A DNA stretch of 61,228 bases, counting the filler, from Thelocarpon superellum (taxonomy: Eukaryota): the NCBI GenBank assembly GCA_026025795.1. It is 5 parts of 5 records of this genome, joined end to end, with 100 filler letters (N's around TTAATTAATTAA, not from the genome) between each part and the next. Parts side by side here need not be neighbours in the genome. Positions count along the whole stretch, not along the records: positions 37,045 to 49,122 come from JAPEUG010000492.1; positions 49,223 to 61,228 come from JAPEUG010000493.1; 3 more parts are not named here. One strand, 5' to 3'. The notes under the pieces were generated by a model, which saw only the letters and a list, made by a program, of their open reading frames with translations, ran no database searches and was not told where the DNA came from. The position numbers were made by a program, and so were the translations under genes. Positions 37,045 through 51,056 of this stretch are shown in pieces; position 1 is the stretch's first letter, and each line of letters begins with the position of its first letter.

Positions 37045-38209
37045 TAGAGGCGGGGCCTGCAGCGCAATCCGCGATGACTTGTTGCATGCTCCTTGCCGAT
37101 TCACCCAACTGGCCACGCTCCTTCTCATTCAGGGGCAGGACGATGGTCGACCGCACGCCCGCTTTCCCTAGGACAGCCGGCAGGCTTAGACAGCACTTGT
37201 ATTCCTCTTGCCAGTGGCTCAGGGGAAGCACCTGGCGTTGATCAAAGATGATGGATTCACAGATGGTGGACACGACCGCAGCCACGCCGCAAGAGGTGAA
37301 GCCTTTGACCTTGATGATTTCGTAGGCTTTGTCCCGGGTCGCATCTCGATCGCTGACCGCTGTGCATCATCCAAGGGAAGGACGGTGGAGAGTGGACAAC
37401 CCGCAACAGTGGCTGTGGACCACGCGACCTAGTCGACATGAGCGTCATCGCATTTGCGGAGAGGCGGTGAAATGAGTACAAATTGAGAGTCCCCATGTTC
37501 GCCTAAGACATGAGCATGGATGGTGGAAGCAGAAACCTGGTCAGGGCTCAGTGTAAGTTAGGGAGCGTGTGTCGTACCGGTCCACGACACCAACCTCCAG
37601 CTTTTGCGACAGAGTACCCGCCAGCCTCACCGAGTCCAGGGACGTTCCGGAGCCGAGGACCTGTTTCTTCGGCAAGCCTGATAATTGCTGTGCGAAGTGG
37701 GTCAACACATCCACCGGGTTGGCAACCAGGAGCAAGATGGCGTCGCGACGTAGCGGCTGCATCGCGTCGATGACGCTCTTTAGGATCTGTAGATTTCGAC
37801 CGATGAGGTCCAGTCTTGTGTCACCGTCTCTCTGCTTGGCGCCAGCACTGACGACGATGATATCGGATTGGCCGGCGTCACGATGGGTGCCCTCCAGAAT
37901 CCTCGCGTTCGACAGGGACGCAGCATCCGAGAGATCCTGGACCTGCGCCCGGCAGAGACTGGCATCAACATCAACCAGGATAATCTCGCCTGCTACGCGG
38001 CGGATGAGGAGCGAGCTTGCAATCGCCGCTCCCACCGACCCAGCACCGACGATGGCAATCTTGTGAGCCGACGGGAGCCGACTCTCTGGGGACTCCTTTT
38101 GGGCACTCGACGAGGTCTCGTGAACAGAGGAATCTTTCGTAAACGAGTCCCTCAGCGGCTTTGATGCGTAGCTCCGGGCGGGGATGCAAGGGAATAAACA
38201 CAACCACAC
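37045..38209 (-). pseudogene. ldh: L-lactate dehydrogenase with an apparent frameshift in the last exon; exons ?-37595, 37536-37480, 37428-<37045
   Basis: KIAIVGAGSVG, SAGAKQR--DTRL, VANPVD, GSGTSLDSVR, VLGEHGDSQF|VAWS; downstream DKAYEIIKVKGFT is in a different frame; no in-frame ATG seen before the Rossmann motif. Confidence 0.7.
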
Positions 38210-38771
38210 GTGTGAGTGTTTTTCTCGCGATCGTCGCCGCGATGATCTCTCCCGTTCGGACTAGTTGTCTGTCTATCTTGACTATTACTTGTAACACGCA
38301 AGCAGAGATTCGTGTAGATGTAGCCCCCAGCCCGTTATCCGGTACTGTATGTCCTGGTAGGATACCGGGTTTGAATAGCGCCGCTTTGCATTGGTGAGTG
38401 AATATGGACAAATCAACGTAAGCAGCCACGGACAGGTCAGGTGATCCGCACGTGATCCGAAGCTTGGTTGTGAACCATCTGGAGGGCTCCATAGGGGCGT
38501 CGGCAATCGCCGTCCGTGCACGCCAAAATGGGTGGTGTGGGGGTTGCGTGGTGCACCCGGGGGCCTCCGTCTTTTGCTTCACAAATGTCGTGGAGCTGTA
38601 TTCTGTAGGAATCATGGAGACGAGCCTCCCCTTGTTCGCCCATGATGCCACGGCCGGCTCCGTCATACCCTGCCCATAGCGCTAGTCATGACAGTGGGAT
38701 GGCAAGTGTGCTCGCTGCTCCATGGATCTGCTAGGACCCACAACTTCTGACGTCCTCGCCCACGGGCAACC

Positions 38772-40826
38772 ATGCCGGAGAAGCCCCTGACCGTGGCCGC
38801 GTATGCCGCCGGAGCCTCGCTCGCCGCCATCACGTTGGTCTACGTCTTTGGTCCGACCTTCTTCTTCGATGGCCAGGTCACCGGCACGCCCATCAGCGGT
38901 CGCAAGAAAGGCATCGTCGGCTTGGCCAATGCCGCCAACGACTGCTTCATCAACTCCGTCTTGCAGGCGCTGGCCGGCTTGGGCGATCTGCGGCTCTACC
39001 TCATCCGCGAGGCGCACCGACGACGCCTCGATGACCCTGGCGTCTACCGCGTAGATCCGGACGAGTTGCCCGATGCGAAGCCAGCGAAACTGGTGCAGGT
39101 CGAAGGCCTGCGCCGGGGCATCGTCACCGTCGCCCTCAAGGACATCTTGGATAGGCTCAACGAACGACCCATCTATCGGAAGACCGTGTCGGCCAATGGC
39201 TTTGTCACAGTGCTCGAGCGCGGATTCCGCCAGACAATCAGCCGTCAACAGCAAGATGCGCAGGAGTTCCTCCAGGTCGTCGCGGAACGGCTGAGCGAGG
39301 AATATCATGCAGGCCAGAAAGCGAGACGCAAGGCGCGATTGAAGGCGGTGGGAGCGGACGGGAGCCAGAGTGAGCTTGAGGGCCGAGCACCTTCCAAGGA
39401 CGACCCCCAACCGAGCGGCACGGAGCAAGCTTCGACGTCCCGCCCGGAGAACACCGATGATGTTGAAGAAGACGGCTTTCCGCTCGAGGGCAAGCTGGAA
39501 TCTCAGATTGAATGCCAAACGTGCCAATTCAAGCCCAAAGCGAGCGTGTCGTCATTTGTGACGTTAACCCTCAATGTGCCCGAGGTGTCGTCCACGACAC
39601 TCAACAGCTGCTTCGACAGGCTCTTTCAAAACGAGTACATCGAGGACTTCAAGTGCGACCGCTGTCGACTCGACCATGCCTTCAAGGTGTACTCGGCGAA
39701 GCTAGCTAGCGCCACAACGGCAAAGGAAAGATGCAAGATCGAGTCGGACATTGGCAAGATCCAAGCAGCCATCCAGGAGGACCCCGAGAAGCCGCCGGTC
39801 GACGTTCCCCTGCCTGACACCAAATTCGCGCCCAAACGACGCATCTCGCGCCATCTCCGCATCACCGCCTTTCCCAACATCGCCGCCATCCATCTCTCCC
39901 GATCGATCTTCGATCCTCGGAGTGCGTCACGGAAGAACTCGGCCAAGGTGGCATTTCCCGAACGACTCTCGCTCGGCGGGATCCTCGACCGGCGGCAGTA
40001 TAAACTATTGGGAGTGGTGATTCACCGAGGCAGCCACAACAGCGGGCATTACGAGTCTTTCCGACGACAGAACCTCTATCCTCCATACTCCACCCCTCTG
40101 GCCGCCAGTCTGTCGACCGTCTACAGCAACAAGTCGACGCCCATCGCCTCCACCATGTCCAGTCCCAAGACGGGCGTGACCAACACTTCCACCTCCGCCG
40201 TGTCGACGCTCGCGTCGCCTCTGTCGGAGCCATCCAGCTGGTCTCCCACCCCATCACGCTCCGCATCCATTCCCCACTCCGTGCGCCCCTCGTCCAGTTT
40301 CTCCAGCATGGAGCCCTCAGCGGTCAGCCCCAATGGCCAGGTGCCGGCCCTACCGCGACAGAGCTTGCTCACGCCGCCCCTTCCATCGCTTTCGTCCTCC
40401 AGCAAAGAGAAAGAGAAAGAGAAGGAGAAAGAAAGAGACAAGGAGAGCCCCGACACATTCAGTCTCCGGTCATTTGGATCGAGTCTGCGACGCTCACGCT
40501 CCTCGTCTGCGCGGCCCTCCACCCGGCCGAAGTCCGAGGGGAATCCGACTCCTACTTTGAGCCCGAGTCCCCACCTCCAACGCGGCAATGCATGGACGGC
40601 ACTGCGGACTGCACCCACAGCAGCAACAGCATCACCACCCGCAGCAGCGCAAGCCCCACAGGACACCCAGCGTCGAAGGCGACGAAAGAAGAAGAAAGCC
40701 GCGCCCGACGACCGATGGTGGCGCATCAGCGACGAGAAAGTCAAGGAGAGCAGTACGGCCGAGGTGCTGAGTATGCAGCGCGAGGTTTATCTGCTCTTCT
40801 ATGAGCTGGAGAAGGAGGTGGTGTAG
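38772..40826 (+). CDS. UBP16: Ubiquitin carboxyl-terminal hydrolase, N-terminal membrane anchor (Ubp16/USP30-like), intronless
   Basis: TM segment; Cys box GLANAANDCFINSVLQAL; QQDAQEF; CxxC pairs; His box HRGSHNSGHY; WWRISD...YLLFYE. Confidence 0.9.
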   Translation: MPEKPLTVAAYAAGASLAAITLVYVFGPTFFFDGQVTGTPISGRKKGIVGLANAANDCFINSVLQALAGLGDLRLYLIREAHRRRLDDPGVYRVDPDELPDAKPAKLVQVEGLRRGIVTVALKDILDRLNERPIYRKTVSANGFVTVLERGFRQTISRQQQDAQEFLQVVAERLSEEYHAGQKARRKARLKAVGADGSQSELEGRAPSKDDPQPSGTEQASTSRPENTDDVEEDGFPLEGKLESQIECQTCQFKPKASVSSFVTLTLNVPEVSSTTLNSCFDRLFQNEYIEDFKCDRCRLDHAFKVYSAKLASATTAKERCKIESDIGKIQAAIQEDPEKPPVDVPLPDTKFAPKRRISRHLRITAFPNIAAIHLSRSIFDPRSASRKNSAKVAFPERLSLGGILDRRQYKLLGVVIHRGSHNSGHYESFRRQNLYPPYSTPLAASLSTVYSNKSTPIASTMSSPKTGVTNTSTSAVSTLASPLSEPSSWSPTPSRSASIPHSVRPSSSFSSMEPSAVSPNGQVPALPRQSLLTPPLPSLSSSSKEKEKEKEKERDKESPDTFSLRSFGSSLRRSRSSSARPSTRPKSEGNPTPTLSPSPHLQRGNAWTALRTAPTAATASPPAAAQAPQDTQRRRRRKKKKAAPDDRWWRISDEKVKESSTAEVLSMQREVYLLFYELEKEVV

Positions 40827-41362
40827 GAGATAGGGAGGGGAGGTGACAAAATGAGTGGATGGATGGATGACTGGGACGGAATGGAAACGATCTATACGCC
40901 ATTGGAGTAGCGGGAGCAAGACCATGGACGGAGCAGGATGTTGCATCTTTTCTCATCTCATCTCCTCTCGTCTCTCTGATCATCTCCATTTTGGTCTCCC
41001 TCTCTCTCCTGGTTTCCTGGCTTCCCTCCTGCTCTCCTCCGGTGTCGCGCTTGGCTTTTGTGAATAAAGATTCCCACATAAGTGCTTCGTGACCTACGTG
41101 TGATAGGGTTGTGTATATTGGCATGATGTGCTCTCCTAGCTGTATTACTCATTCATACTTTTTCCACTTCGACCTTGTTGACTAAATTGTCTCGTTGCGA
41201 AGACGTGCCTTTGCCTGTGCCTGTGCCTGCGCGTACTCGTATTCGTTCTCTTGCATTGAAAAGGCTAGCGAGGGACTTTGAAGCTGACTTTGATCTAACC
41301 CTCCCTTCATCTCCTCTCTGCATGTCCCCCACACGGCCAGCGAGAGGGACAGTCACGACAAA

Positions 41363-43162
<1,800 letters not shown>

Positions 43163-43627
43163 TCAATGGATCTCTAATGCTGCGATGGATTGGACGGGCT
43201 GGATGAGCTGGCAAAGCTGACGGTCAAAGGTCAACGAGACGCGGGCCGGGGTTGAGATATAGAGTGGGTGGGGGGCCCTTCCGCGGAGGGGCAATTGTTG
43301 ATACTTTCCGTCTTCCGGTCGCCCTGCAGGAGCTCCGTCTAGCACGGATTTACCGATTGGTTCCACTTCACGAAAGGTGCAGATGCTAGTCTGTGATTGC
43401 AATGAAGTCCTCGGACCATACCACAATGTCCAAGCATCGTGTCCGTCCACTCGTTTCGTGCATGGATCAGATCCGGCGGAAGCGGATGGGACTATCTACA
43501 GGCTAATTATCACCATTCCCCGTTCTTACGAACAGAGGTGCAAGGAGAGGTACGAGGAGAGCATCCACCCTGGAGCCCGCCCACGCCCCGTCCGAGTCAG
43601 TGGAAGCGTGCGTCGCTCTTGAGGAGC

Positions 43628-44250
43628 CTACCGGCTCAAAAATCTTTCCTTGTAGAATCGGGCCTCGGCGATGCTCTCGAGTATATCTTCGCGAGCTTCG
43701 TGCATGCCTCTCTTGGCCGGGACTGCTTTCAGAGCGGCGTCGGTCGCCCACCGCCTGACCGCTTCTTTGATGGAGCTGACATCGAGGAGGCGATAATGCA
43801 GGTGGCGTAAGACCTTATCGTACGGAGGCTGCGCTAGAAACGCCCGGTCGGCGTGGATGCTGTTTCCCGCCAGCAGAGCCTTGTGTGATTCGGGAACATG
43901 GTGCTGAATATACTGGAGGAGACCCGTGGCAGCCTCGTCGGCCGTGGTGGTCGAAGCCAAGACCGCGGCCGTCAAGCCGGTGGCGGCGTGGGTCCGCACA
44001 CACCATTCGTTCATGGCATCCAACCGCACCTTGGGCTGATGTACGACGGTCCCCCATCCCTCCTGGTCGATGAGGTTCAAGTCGTGGTCCGTGATGAAGC
44101 AGCATATTTGGAGGATAGCGTCGGTGGCGGGGTCCAGGCCGGTCATCTACGGGTGGAATGTCTCAGTGGGTGCCGCGCGCTTGCAGTCGGCAGCGTACAT
44201 GCCTCGCAGTCGATCCACACCAGTGGCTCCTTGGAGCGCGTGGTGGTCAT
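43628..44250 (-). CDS. REX2: Oligoribonuclease; exons 44250-44203, 44146-43628 (GC-AG intron)
   Basis: PLVWIDCE|MTGLD, MNEWC--TH--TGL, LAGNSIHADR-FL, LHYR-LDVSS, HEAREDILESI-E; a further in-frame ATG lies at 44370. Confidence 0.93.
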
Positions 44251-44461
44251 GGTAGGCCTCCGCGACAGGTGTTCGTCGACCTTGGTGGCGGCCTCTCTCT
44301 CCGTAGGTAGAGGAACGGACAGGGGCGTCGCTGTTCCGTCGCCTCGGGTATGAGGGGGCAGCGAAAGCATCCAGCTCCACTCCCTGAAGCGCCATCTTCA
44401 TTGCCCCAGGCTTCTTGCCGGTGACCACCGCCCACACAGAGATTTCCAGCTCTCGTCCGAC

Positions 44462-46095
44462 ATGCCGCATCATATCGATTATACGCAAAGTGTCCCACGG
44501 CCGCCACGGTCGCTCGACCCGCCGCGACTCCTTATCATTGGTGCGGGGTCGCGCGGGAATGCATATGCGCGTGCCATCACCCACTCGAGCAATGGTGAGG
44601 TCGTGGCCGTGGCAGAACCGGTGAAATTCAAACGCCAGCAACTCGGGCGGAAGTACATCTGGGGCGAGAAGACGCCGGCAGAAGGACAAGAATTTCCTGA
44701 TTGGAAAAGCTTTCTGACCTGGGAGCAGGCACGACGGGCCCGGGTCGCGACCGGGGACGAGGCGCCCACGGGCGTCGATGGATTCCTCGTCTGCACGCTG
44801 GACGAGAGCCATGCGGAGATCATCACCGCGCTTGCCCCGCTTGGCCTGCATCTTCTGAGCGAGAAACCTCTCGCGACGACGCTGGAGGATTGCCTGTCCA
44901 TCTATGCCTCGCTGCTTCCCAAGGGACCCTTCACCGGACCTCCGTGCCTCTTTGCCATGGGCCACGTGCTCCGGTACAGCCCTCATAATATGCTACTTCG
45001 CAAGCTGCTGCTGGATGACGGCGTGATCGGTGAAGTCATCTCGATGGAGCACACCGAGCCCGTTGGATGGTGGCATTTCGCTCATTCCTACGTGAGGTAT
45101 TGTCCTGCTGCGCTGGTCCTTGTGTGCTTGCTCGACCCTGACCCGCCATCAGGGGCAATTGGCGACGAGAGGACGCGACGGCCCCTTCGCTCCTCACCAA
45201 GTCATGCCATGACATTGACCTCCTGCTCTGGCTTCTCTGTAGTCCTCCCCTTGCTGCTGATTCGCCTCATCTGCCGTCGTTCATCATCTCGACCGGCTCC
45301 CTCAAGCACTTTCGGAGGTCTCAGAAGCCCGAGGCGGCCGGACGGGCAACGAATTGCCTCTCGTGTCCTGCTGAGCCCGAATGCCCCTACTCGGCCAGGA
45401 AGATCTACCAAAGTAGGCTGCGGGACGGGGATATTGGCTTCCCAATCAAGATCGTGGTGCCCGAGGTCGAAGCGATCGTCGTCGAGGACGGAGTGTCGGC
45501 TGCTGAGACACTCCTCATGGAGCGCCTCGCAGAGGACTACGGCCACGAACCGGCCGGGCTCAACCGGCGTCCGTACTACGGGCGGTGTGTCTATGAAGCA
45601 GGAAATGACGTATGTGACGACCAAGTGGTGACCATAACGTGGGAAGATGACGCCACCGAGGGGGTCCAAGGCCGTCGGCACGCGCGAACGGGCAAGACCG
45701 CGACGTTTCATATGATCGCCTTCACGGAACAGGTGTGCCAACGACGTAGCCGAATCTACGGAGCCAAGGGCGAGATGGAGGCCGACAGCACCACCATCAA
45801 GGTGCACGACTTTGCCACGGGCCAGACCACCACGCATCATCCACACCAGGCCGGAGGCGGTCACGGGGGGGGGGACGATGGCTTGGCGCGACAATTCGTC
45901 CTCGCCATCGACGCCGTCAAGAATCAAGGCATGAGCGTAGTGGAGGCCCAGCAGACGCACATTCGCTGCACGCTCGATGATGTGATCCGAAGTCATGCCG
46001 TGGTCTTTGCGGCCGAAGAGGCGCGGAAAGGCCGGAAGGTGGTGGACTGGCCGGAATGGTGGCGCACCAAAGTTGACGCCCACTTGCCTAGATGA
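44462..46095 (+). CDS. Gfo/Idh/MocA-family NAD(P)-dependent oxidoreductase; exons 44462-45096, 45153-46095
   Basis: IIGAGSRG, EKPLA, GHVLRYSP, HFAHSYVR|GNWR, KSCHDID, YGRCVY, GGGHGGGD. Confidence 0.9.
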
Positions 46096-47487
46096 GACGT
46101 CTGCTCTCGGGAAGCAGGAGGTCAGGAGGCTTGAACAATTCACCGCGTCGTTGCCTGGATCCTCATGGATGCATCCATCTCCACCCGGCTGCTAGCCGTA
46201 CCCCGCACGCTGCCTCCGCGGAGTCATCGCGGAGGCCGCAGCGAACGGTCTCTCGCCATGTACCACGGGATGAAGGAGTCTACTCCAGTAGCACGAAGGG
46301 GTTTCCCGCGATAGTGATGCAGTGGTGACGCCTGCTGTGTGCCCCACTGGTGCCAAGACGCGATGGCATGTGCAGAGACGGACAGAGAGAGGAACGACGA
46401 GGAGCCAGACGAGGTTCTCTCCTCACGGAGCCCTGCCCTCATAGAGGAGTGCCACCGAAAGCACGTCTGAGTCACCGCCTGTACCGCGGTTGGAGAATTC
46501 CACGCGGGAGCGAGCCGGGGAGCCAACCAGAATCCGGATCCGACGATGACTCTTGCCCTCTGTTTCGTGGTTTCCCGCGGCGTCCCACGGGCCCAAAGGC
46601 GAGGAAGCGTGCGAGCGTGGCCGGAGCGGCTGCGAGCCAATCATGAGGGTCGACGGGGTCGCTTGTCGTGCACCACTCTGGCACCAAGTGTGTCCGCGCG
46701 CCCTGACCGCCTTCGCTTCACCAATGCCGCCCGGGATGGCCCCTGCTCTCCAGCGGGCGCTAGCCGGCTGAAACCCCGCCCTTAGGGCTCGTCGGGTCCC
46801 CCCCAGCGCCCCACCGTGGCCGGGGGCTTCGATTAGTTAGCCCGGCGCGTGGTAAGATGAAACGTCCTCGAGCACGCGCCGTCCACCGAAAGCCTGCGAC
46901 ACCAACGACACCGGCGTGGGCATCGGGCTCCGACCTACGTCAGCTTGCCCGCCGACGAGGGATCCGGCCCACGGTGCAGACCGCCGACATATCGCCGCCT
47001 TGGGTTAGCACGTGCCAGAAAAGGGACATAATTAGAACTCGGGCGGTGCGTTCTGACTGGCGCGCGCGACGTCTGACAATGGACCAAAATGCCCGTTTCG
47101 GGCCAGTTGCGCCGGATCGAGCAAGAGCTTGACCCTTCTCCCTCTCGTTTCATCTTATTTATTTCCCTTCTCACGATGCGCCGCCGCCGGACGGCGATGG
47201 CGGCGTCGCGGGGACTCGCGCCACGGCGGCGCGGCCTCCCGCGCGCGTCGGACATAAATACGACGCCGCATCTCCCCGCTCTGTCCGGGCGTGGCAGCGC
47301 TCCGTTCTCTTCCGACCTGTCTTCATTGTCGTGACGAATCTCTTTTGTCATCTCCAATTGTCTCCTCGATCATCCTCATCAGTCGCGGAAGCCGGTCTTC
47401 CTCGTGGCCGGTGCTCCTCCATTCTTGCGTACGCCGGGTCCGTTCCATGTCCGGTGATGTTGACTGACCCCAAGAAGTCTGGCAGCC

Positions 47488-49029
47488 ATGTCGTACCCGC
47501 CCTTCTTCCAATCCCCGGCGACCCCACCATACGAACACTCAATGTTCTCGGCGCACAGTCGCGAGACGTCCAAGTCTTCGGAATTCACGGCGTTGTCCTC
47601 GCCAGACTTCCCGTTCGACTCCCTCCCAACGCCGGTCAAGTCGCCCATCCGACAGCACGGTCCGATGCTGCTCCCCAAGATCCGCTCGCAGGACCAGACG
47701 ATCGAGCCGTATGGCTCTCCCCCGCCGAAGAAGCACCGCAAGGCGCTGTCGTCCACGTATAATCCGCCGGCGTCGATGCTGGAGGTCCGGCCAGACATGC
47801 TCCGTCGCTCCACGAGCCCTGGCGCCCTCTGCGACCTGACCCACGCGGCCGCCATGTCCATGTTGGGATCCTGCATGTCTTCGCCCATCTCCCTGACCTC
47901 GACGCATTCGCGGCGCGCCTCCGGGTCGCACCTGGACGAGCAGATTCTGGGCAAGTACGGCTTTCCCACCTACCGCCAGCTCCCGGCCTACACGCCGCCC
48001 GCCACCTACGCCTCGTCCACCGTCCCCGGCGCGTCAACGTTCATCCCGCCTCCGCTCACGATGCCCCGGGCGCAGAGTCTCCCGCTCGACCTCCAATTCG
48101 CCGACGACGCCTGCACCACGACCATGTACGACTACCTTACGGGACCGAACCCGAGCCCGGCGCTGGTGCGCCAGCTCAACACGCACGCCGGCCGCGGACC
48201 TGGGCAGACGCATTTCTGGTGGGACGTGCGAAACCTCCTAACGTGGACCGACTTCACGCTGGAGACGATCGAGCAGATTCCCGGCCTGATGCCGCTCCTC
48301 AAGATCGAGCTCCCCGAGACCGCCCTCCCGCCGGTCCCGATCGCGCGATCCAAGATGCAGCCGGACACGGAAGCCTCCCTGCACGACCTCTGCCGCGACT
48401 TCTACGGCGCCAAGGTCAACCACGCGCTCAAAGTCTCGCAGGGCTCGCCGCACATGGTGATGCGCACGGACAAGGGCGTCTTCCTCGCCAACTACCAAGA
48501 CGACGTGGCCATTCTCGGCGGCGCGCGCGTCGTCGGGATCGTCAAGTCCTTTGACCGGTGGAACACGGGCATGCGCGCGGAAGCCCCGCACCGAAAGGTG
48601 GAATACCTGCTGGGCCTGGCGCACCTGCACCGGCTCATGCGGGAGAACAGCTGCCGCTACGGCTTCATCATGACGGAGATCGAGCTGGTGTGCGTGCGCG
48701 CCGGCGTCGACGACATCCCCAACTTCGGCTTCCTCGAGCTCGCCATGATCCAGCTCAAGCGCTCCTCGGGCCTCACGGCCGGGCTCGCCCTGTGGTACCT
48801 CCACATGCTCGCCAAGGAGATGCCGCTCCCGGGCCAGGCGGGCTGGAAGATGGACGTCGGGGGAGCGGCAGCCTGCACGCGCCAGAAATGCCTCGACAAG
48901 GACACGTGGATCCCGGAGCCGCAGCTGGCCGAGCGCCGAAACGCGAAGCGTGAACGGGGCTGGATCCTTCCCAAGGATCCGCTTCATCGCAAGGAACTCC
49001 CTCGTGCAGGCAAACGGTGGCACAAATGA
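47488..49029 (+). CDS. Conserved filamentous-fungal protein of unknown function (S/P-rich N-terminus, globular C-terminal domain), intronless
   Basis: 513-aa ORF with strong C/G third-position bias; GP-LLPKIRSQDQ, HFWWD-RNL, VKSFDRWNTGMR, CRYGFIMTEIELV. Confidence 0.85.
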   Translation: MSYPPFFQSPATPPYEHSMFSAHSRETSKSSEFTALSSPDFPFDSLPTPVKSPIRQHGPMLLPKIRSQDQTIEPYGSPPPKKHRKALSSTYNPPASMLEVRPDMLRRSTSPGALCDLTHAAAMSMLGSCMSSPISLTSTHSRRASGSHLDEQILGKYGFPTYRQLPAYTPPATYASSTVPGASTFIPPPLTMPRAQSLPLDLQFADDACTTTMYDYLTGPNPSPALVRQLNTHAGRGPGQTHFWWDVRNLLTWTDFTLETIEQIPGLMPLLKIELPETALPPVPIARSKMQPDTEASLHDLCRDFYGAKVNHALKVSQGSPHMVMRTDKGVFLANYQDDVAILGGARVVGIVKSFDRWNTGMRAEAPHRKVEYLLGLAHLHRLMRENSCRYGFIMTEIELVCVRAGVDDIPNFGFLELAMIQLKRSSGLTAGLALWYLHMLAKEMPLPGQAGWKMDVGGAAACTRQKCLDKDTWIPEPQLAERRNAKRERGWILPKDPLHRKELPRAGKRWHK

Positions 49030-49122
49030 GGCCCGGGGGGAAGATGGGAGGCGGCCACTCTCTCTGCATATTATGGTGCTTCTGTCTGTGTGGTTATCTG
49101 TGTTGCATTATTGCGGTGCACG

Positions 49123-49222
49123 NNNNNNNNNNNNNNNNNNNNNNNNNNNNNNNNNNNNNNNNNNNNTTAATTAATTAANNNNNNNNNNNNNNNNNNNNNN
49201 NNNNNNNNNNNNNNNNNNNNNN
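49123..49222. other. Artificial contig spacer
   Basis: 44 N + TTAATTAATTAA + 44 N. Confidence 0.99.
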
Positions 49223-49943
49223 GGCGAGGCCTACAGCTATTTGGAAACAGAAGACGTCGTCAATAGGAGTTGACTTTGTGGCTCGTTTGGGCTCATAGAC
49301 CTATTCCTAGCCTCCTCGTGCTACTCGAGTTGGACGCCGGGGCTCTGCTAGCTCGTAGCGGGACTCGATATATATACAGCGTGCCAGGTCATGTCCCGTA
49401 TCACTTGAGAATTACATTACCTCTCCTATCCTCGCGGCGAGGCGTGGAGCTCCCAGCCTTACACATATCAAATAGTTGAGAAATGATCATACTACATATC
49501 CTCATGACCATTTATCTGCGTGGTTTGGAAAGTCTCCATCCACCAGGAGCGCTGCCTTTCCCCTTAAGGTCAAAGCTCATCCAAACCAGGCAGGTAGGGT
49601 CGAGCTGTACATCGCTCTTGATGGTGTCTCCCTACGTCCATCGTATGGTATGGCGCCGAAGGACATCGCGGAGTGCGTCCTGCAACCGGCCAAGCGAACA
49701 ACAAGGAGACCGCCGTAGGAAATTTAAGGGGTAGGGTCACGTGGGTGACCGAGAGACAGCTAGGCGGACGTGGTCAGATTCGTCTACCGTATCGCTTCGG
49801 TACCTCACGCGTCCAGTGGAAGCCTGGGCAGCAAGCTCTGGGAGCTACCAGATTACATTTGACGATTCTGCATCTCATCCTTGACCGTCCTTACCCCCTC
49901 CTCCTCCTCCTCCTTGTACTGCGACCACGCCGCTTCGCTCGTC

Positions 49944-51056
49944 ATGGTAAGTGATGCACTCATATGGCACGGCCATGGAGGGACTGGTGCTGGTTGACTC
50001 GAGAGATGGGCAGCTGACAGAGCATGCTAGACGTCCATCGGGACGGGCTACGACCTGTCCAATTCCGTCTTCTCGCCCGACGGTCGCAACTTCCAGGTCG
50101 AGTATGCGGTAAAGGCGGTAGAGAACGGAGGCACGGCGGTAGGGATTCGATGCCGGGACGGCGTGGTGCTGGCGGTGGAGAAGATCATCTCAAGCAAGCT
50201 GCTGAAGCCGGGCGCGAACAAGCGGATCTCGACGGTAGACCGGAACGTGGGCGTGGTGCGTGCTCTGTCCGCGACATTCCATGACGATGCTGACGGGACG
50301 TGGCGTAGGTCTGCGCGGGACTGGTGCCAGATGGTCGACATTTTGTGTCGCGAGCCCGGGACGAGGCGGCGTCGTGGCGGAAGCTGTACAAGGCGCCCAT
50401 ACCGACGTCGGCGCTGGCCTCACGTCTCGGCAGCTACGTGCAAGCGTACACCCTCTACTCCAGCGTACGGCCATTCGGCGTGACGGCAATCATGGCGGGA
50501 TGGGACTCTGAGGCATCGCTACCGGTCGACGGGCAAGTGGGCAGCGGCCCGAAGATCGGCGCAGGAGGGAAAGTGGAGGGCGCGAAGAACGGAGGACCGG
50601 GCCTGTACATGATCGAGCCGAGTGGTCTCTACTGGGTACGCACGGCGCCGCCATCACGGTTCATGCACGATCTAACCAGCGACGCACGAACAGGGCTACT
50701 ACGGCGCGGCAACAGGAAAGGGACGACAGTCAGCCAAGTCGGAGCTGGAGAAGCTCGACCTAGCCGCAGGCACGCTGTCTCTGCTGGACGGAGTCAAAGA
50801 GGCGGCGCGCATCATCTACGTGGCGCACGAGGACAGCAAGGACAAGGAATTCGAGCTGGAGATGACGTGGATCAGCGACCTGAAAGGCCCGACCAAGGGC
50901 CGACACCAGGAAGTCCCCAAGGCGCTGCGCGAGGAGGCGGAGAAGGCGGCCAAGCATGCGCTCGAGGGCGACGATGATGACGATGACGCCGCCGCGCCTG
51001 GAGCTGGTGCCGCGCCCGCCGCTACTACCGGGGATGATGAGAAGATGGAGGAGTAG
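49944..51056 (+). CDS. PRE10: 20S proteasome subunit alpha-7; exons 49944-49946, 50031-50255, 50309-50635, 50694-51056
   Basis: [69 protein letters not shown], acidic tail. Confidence 0.96.
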
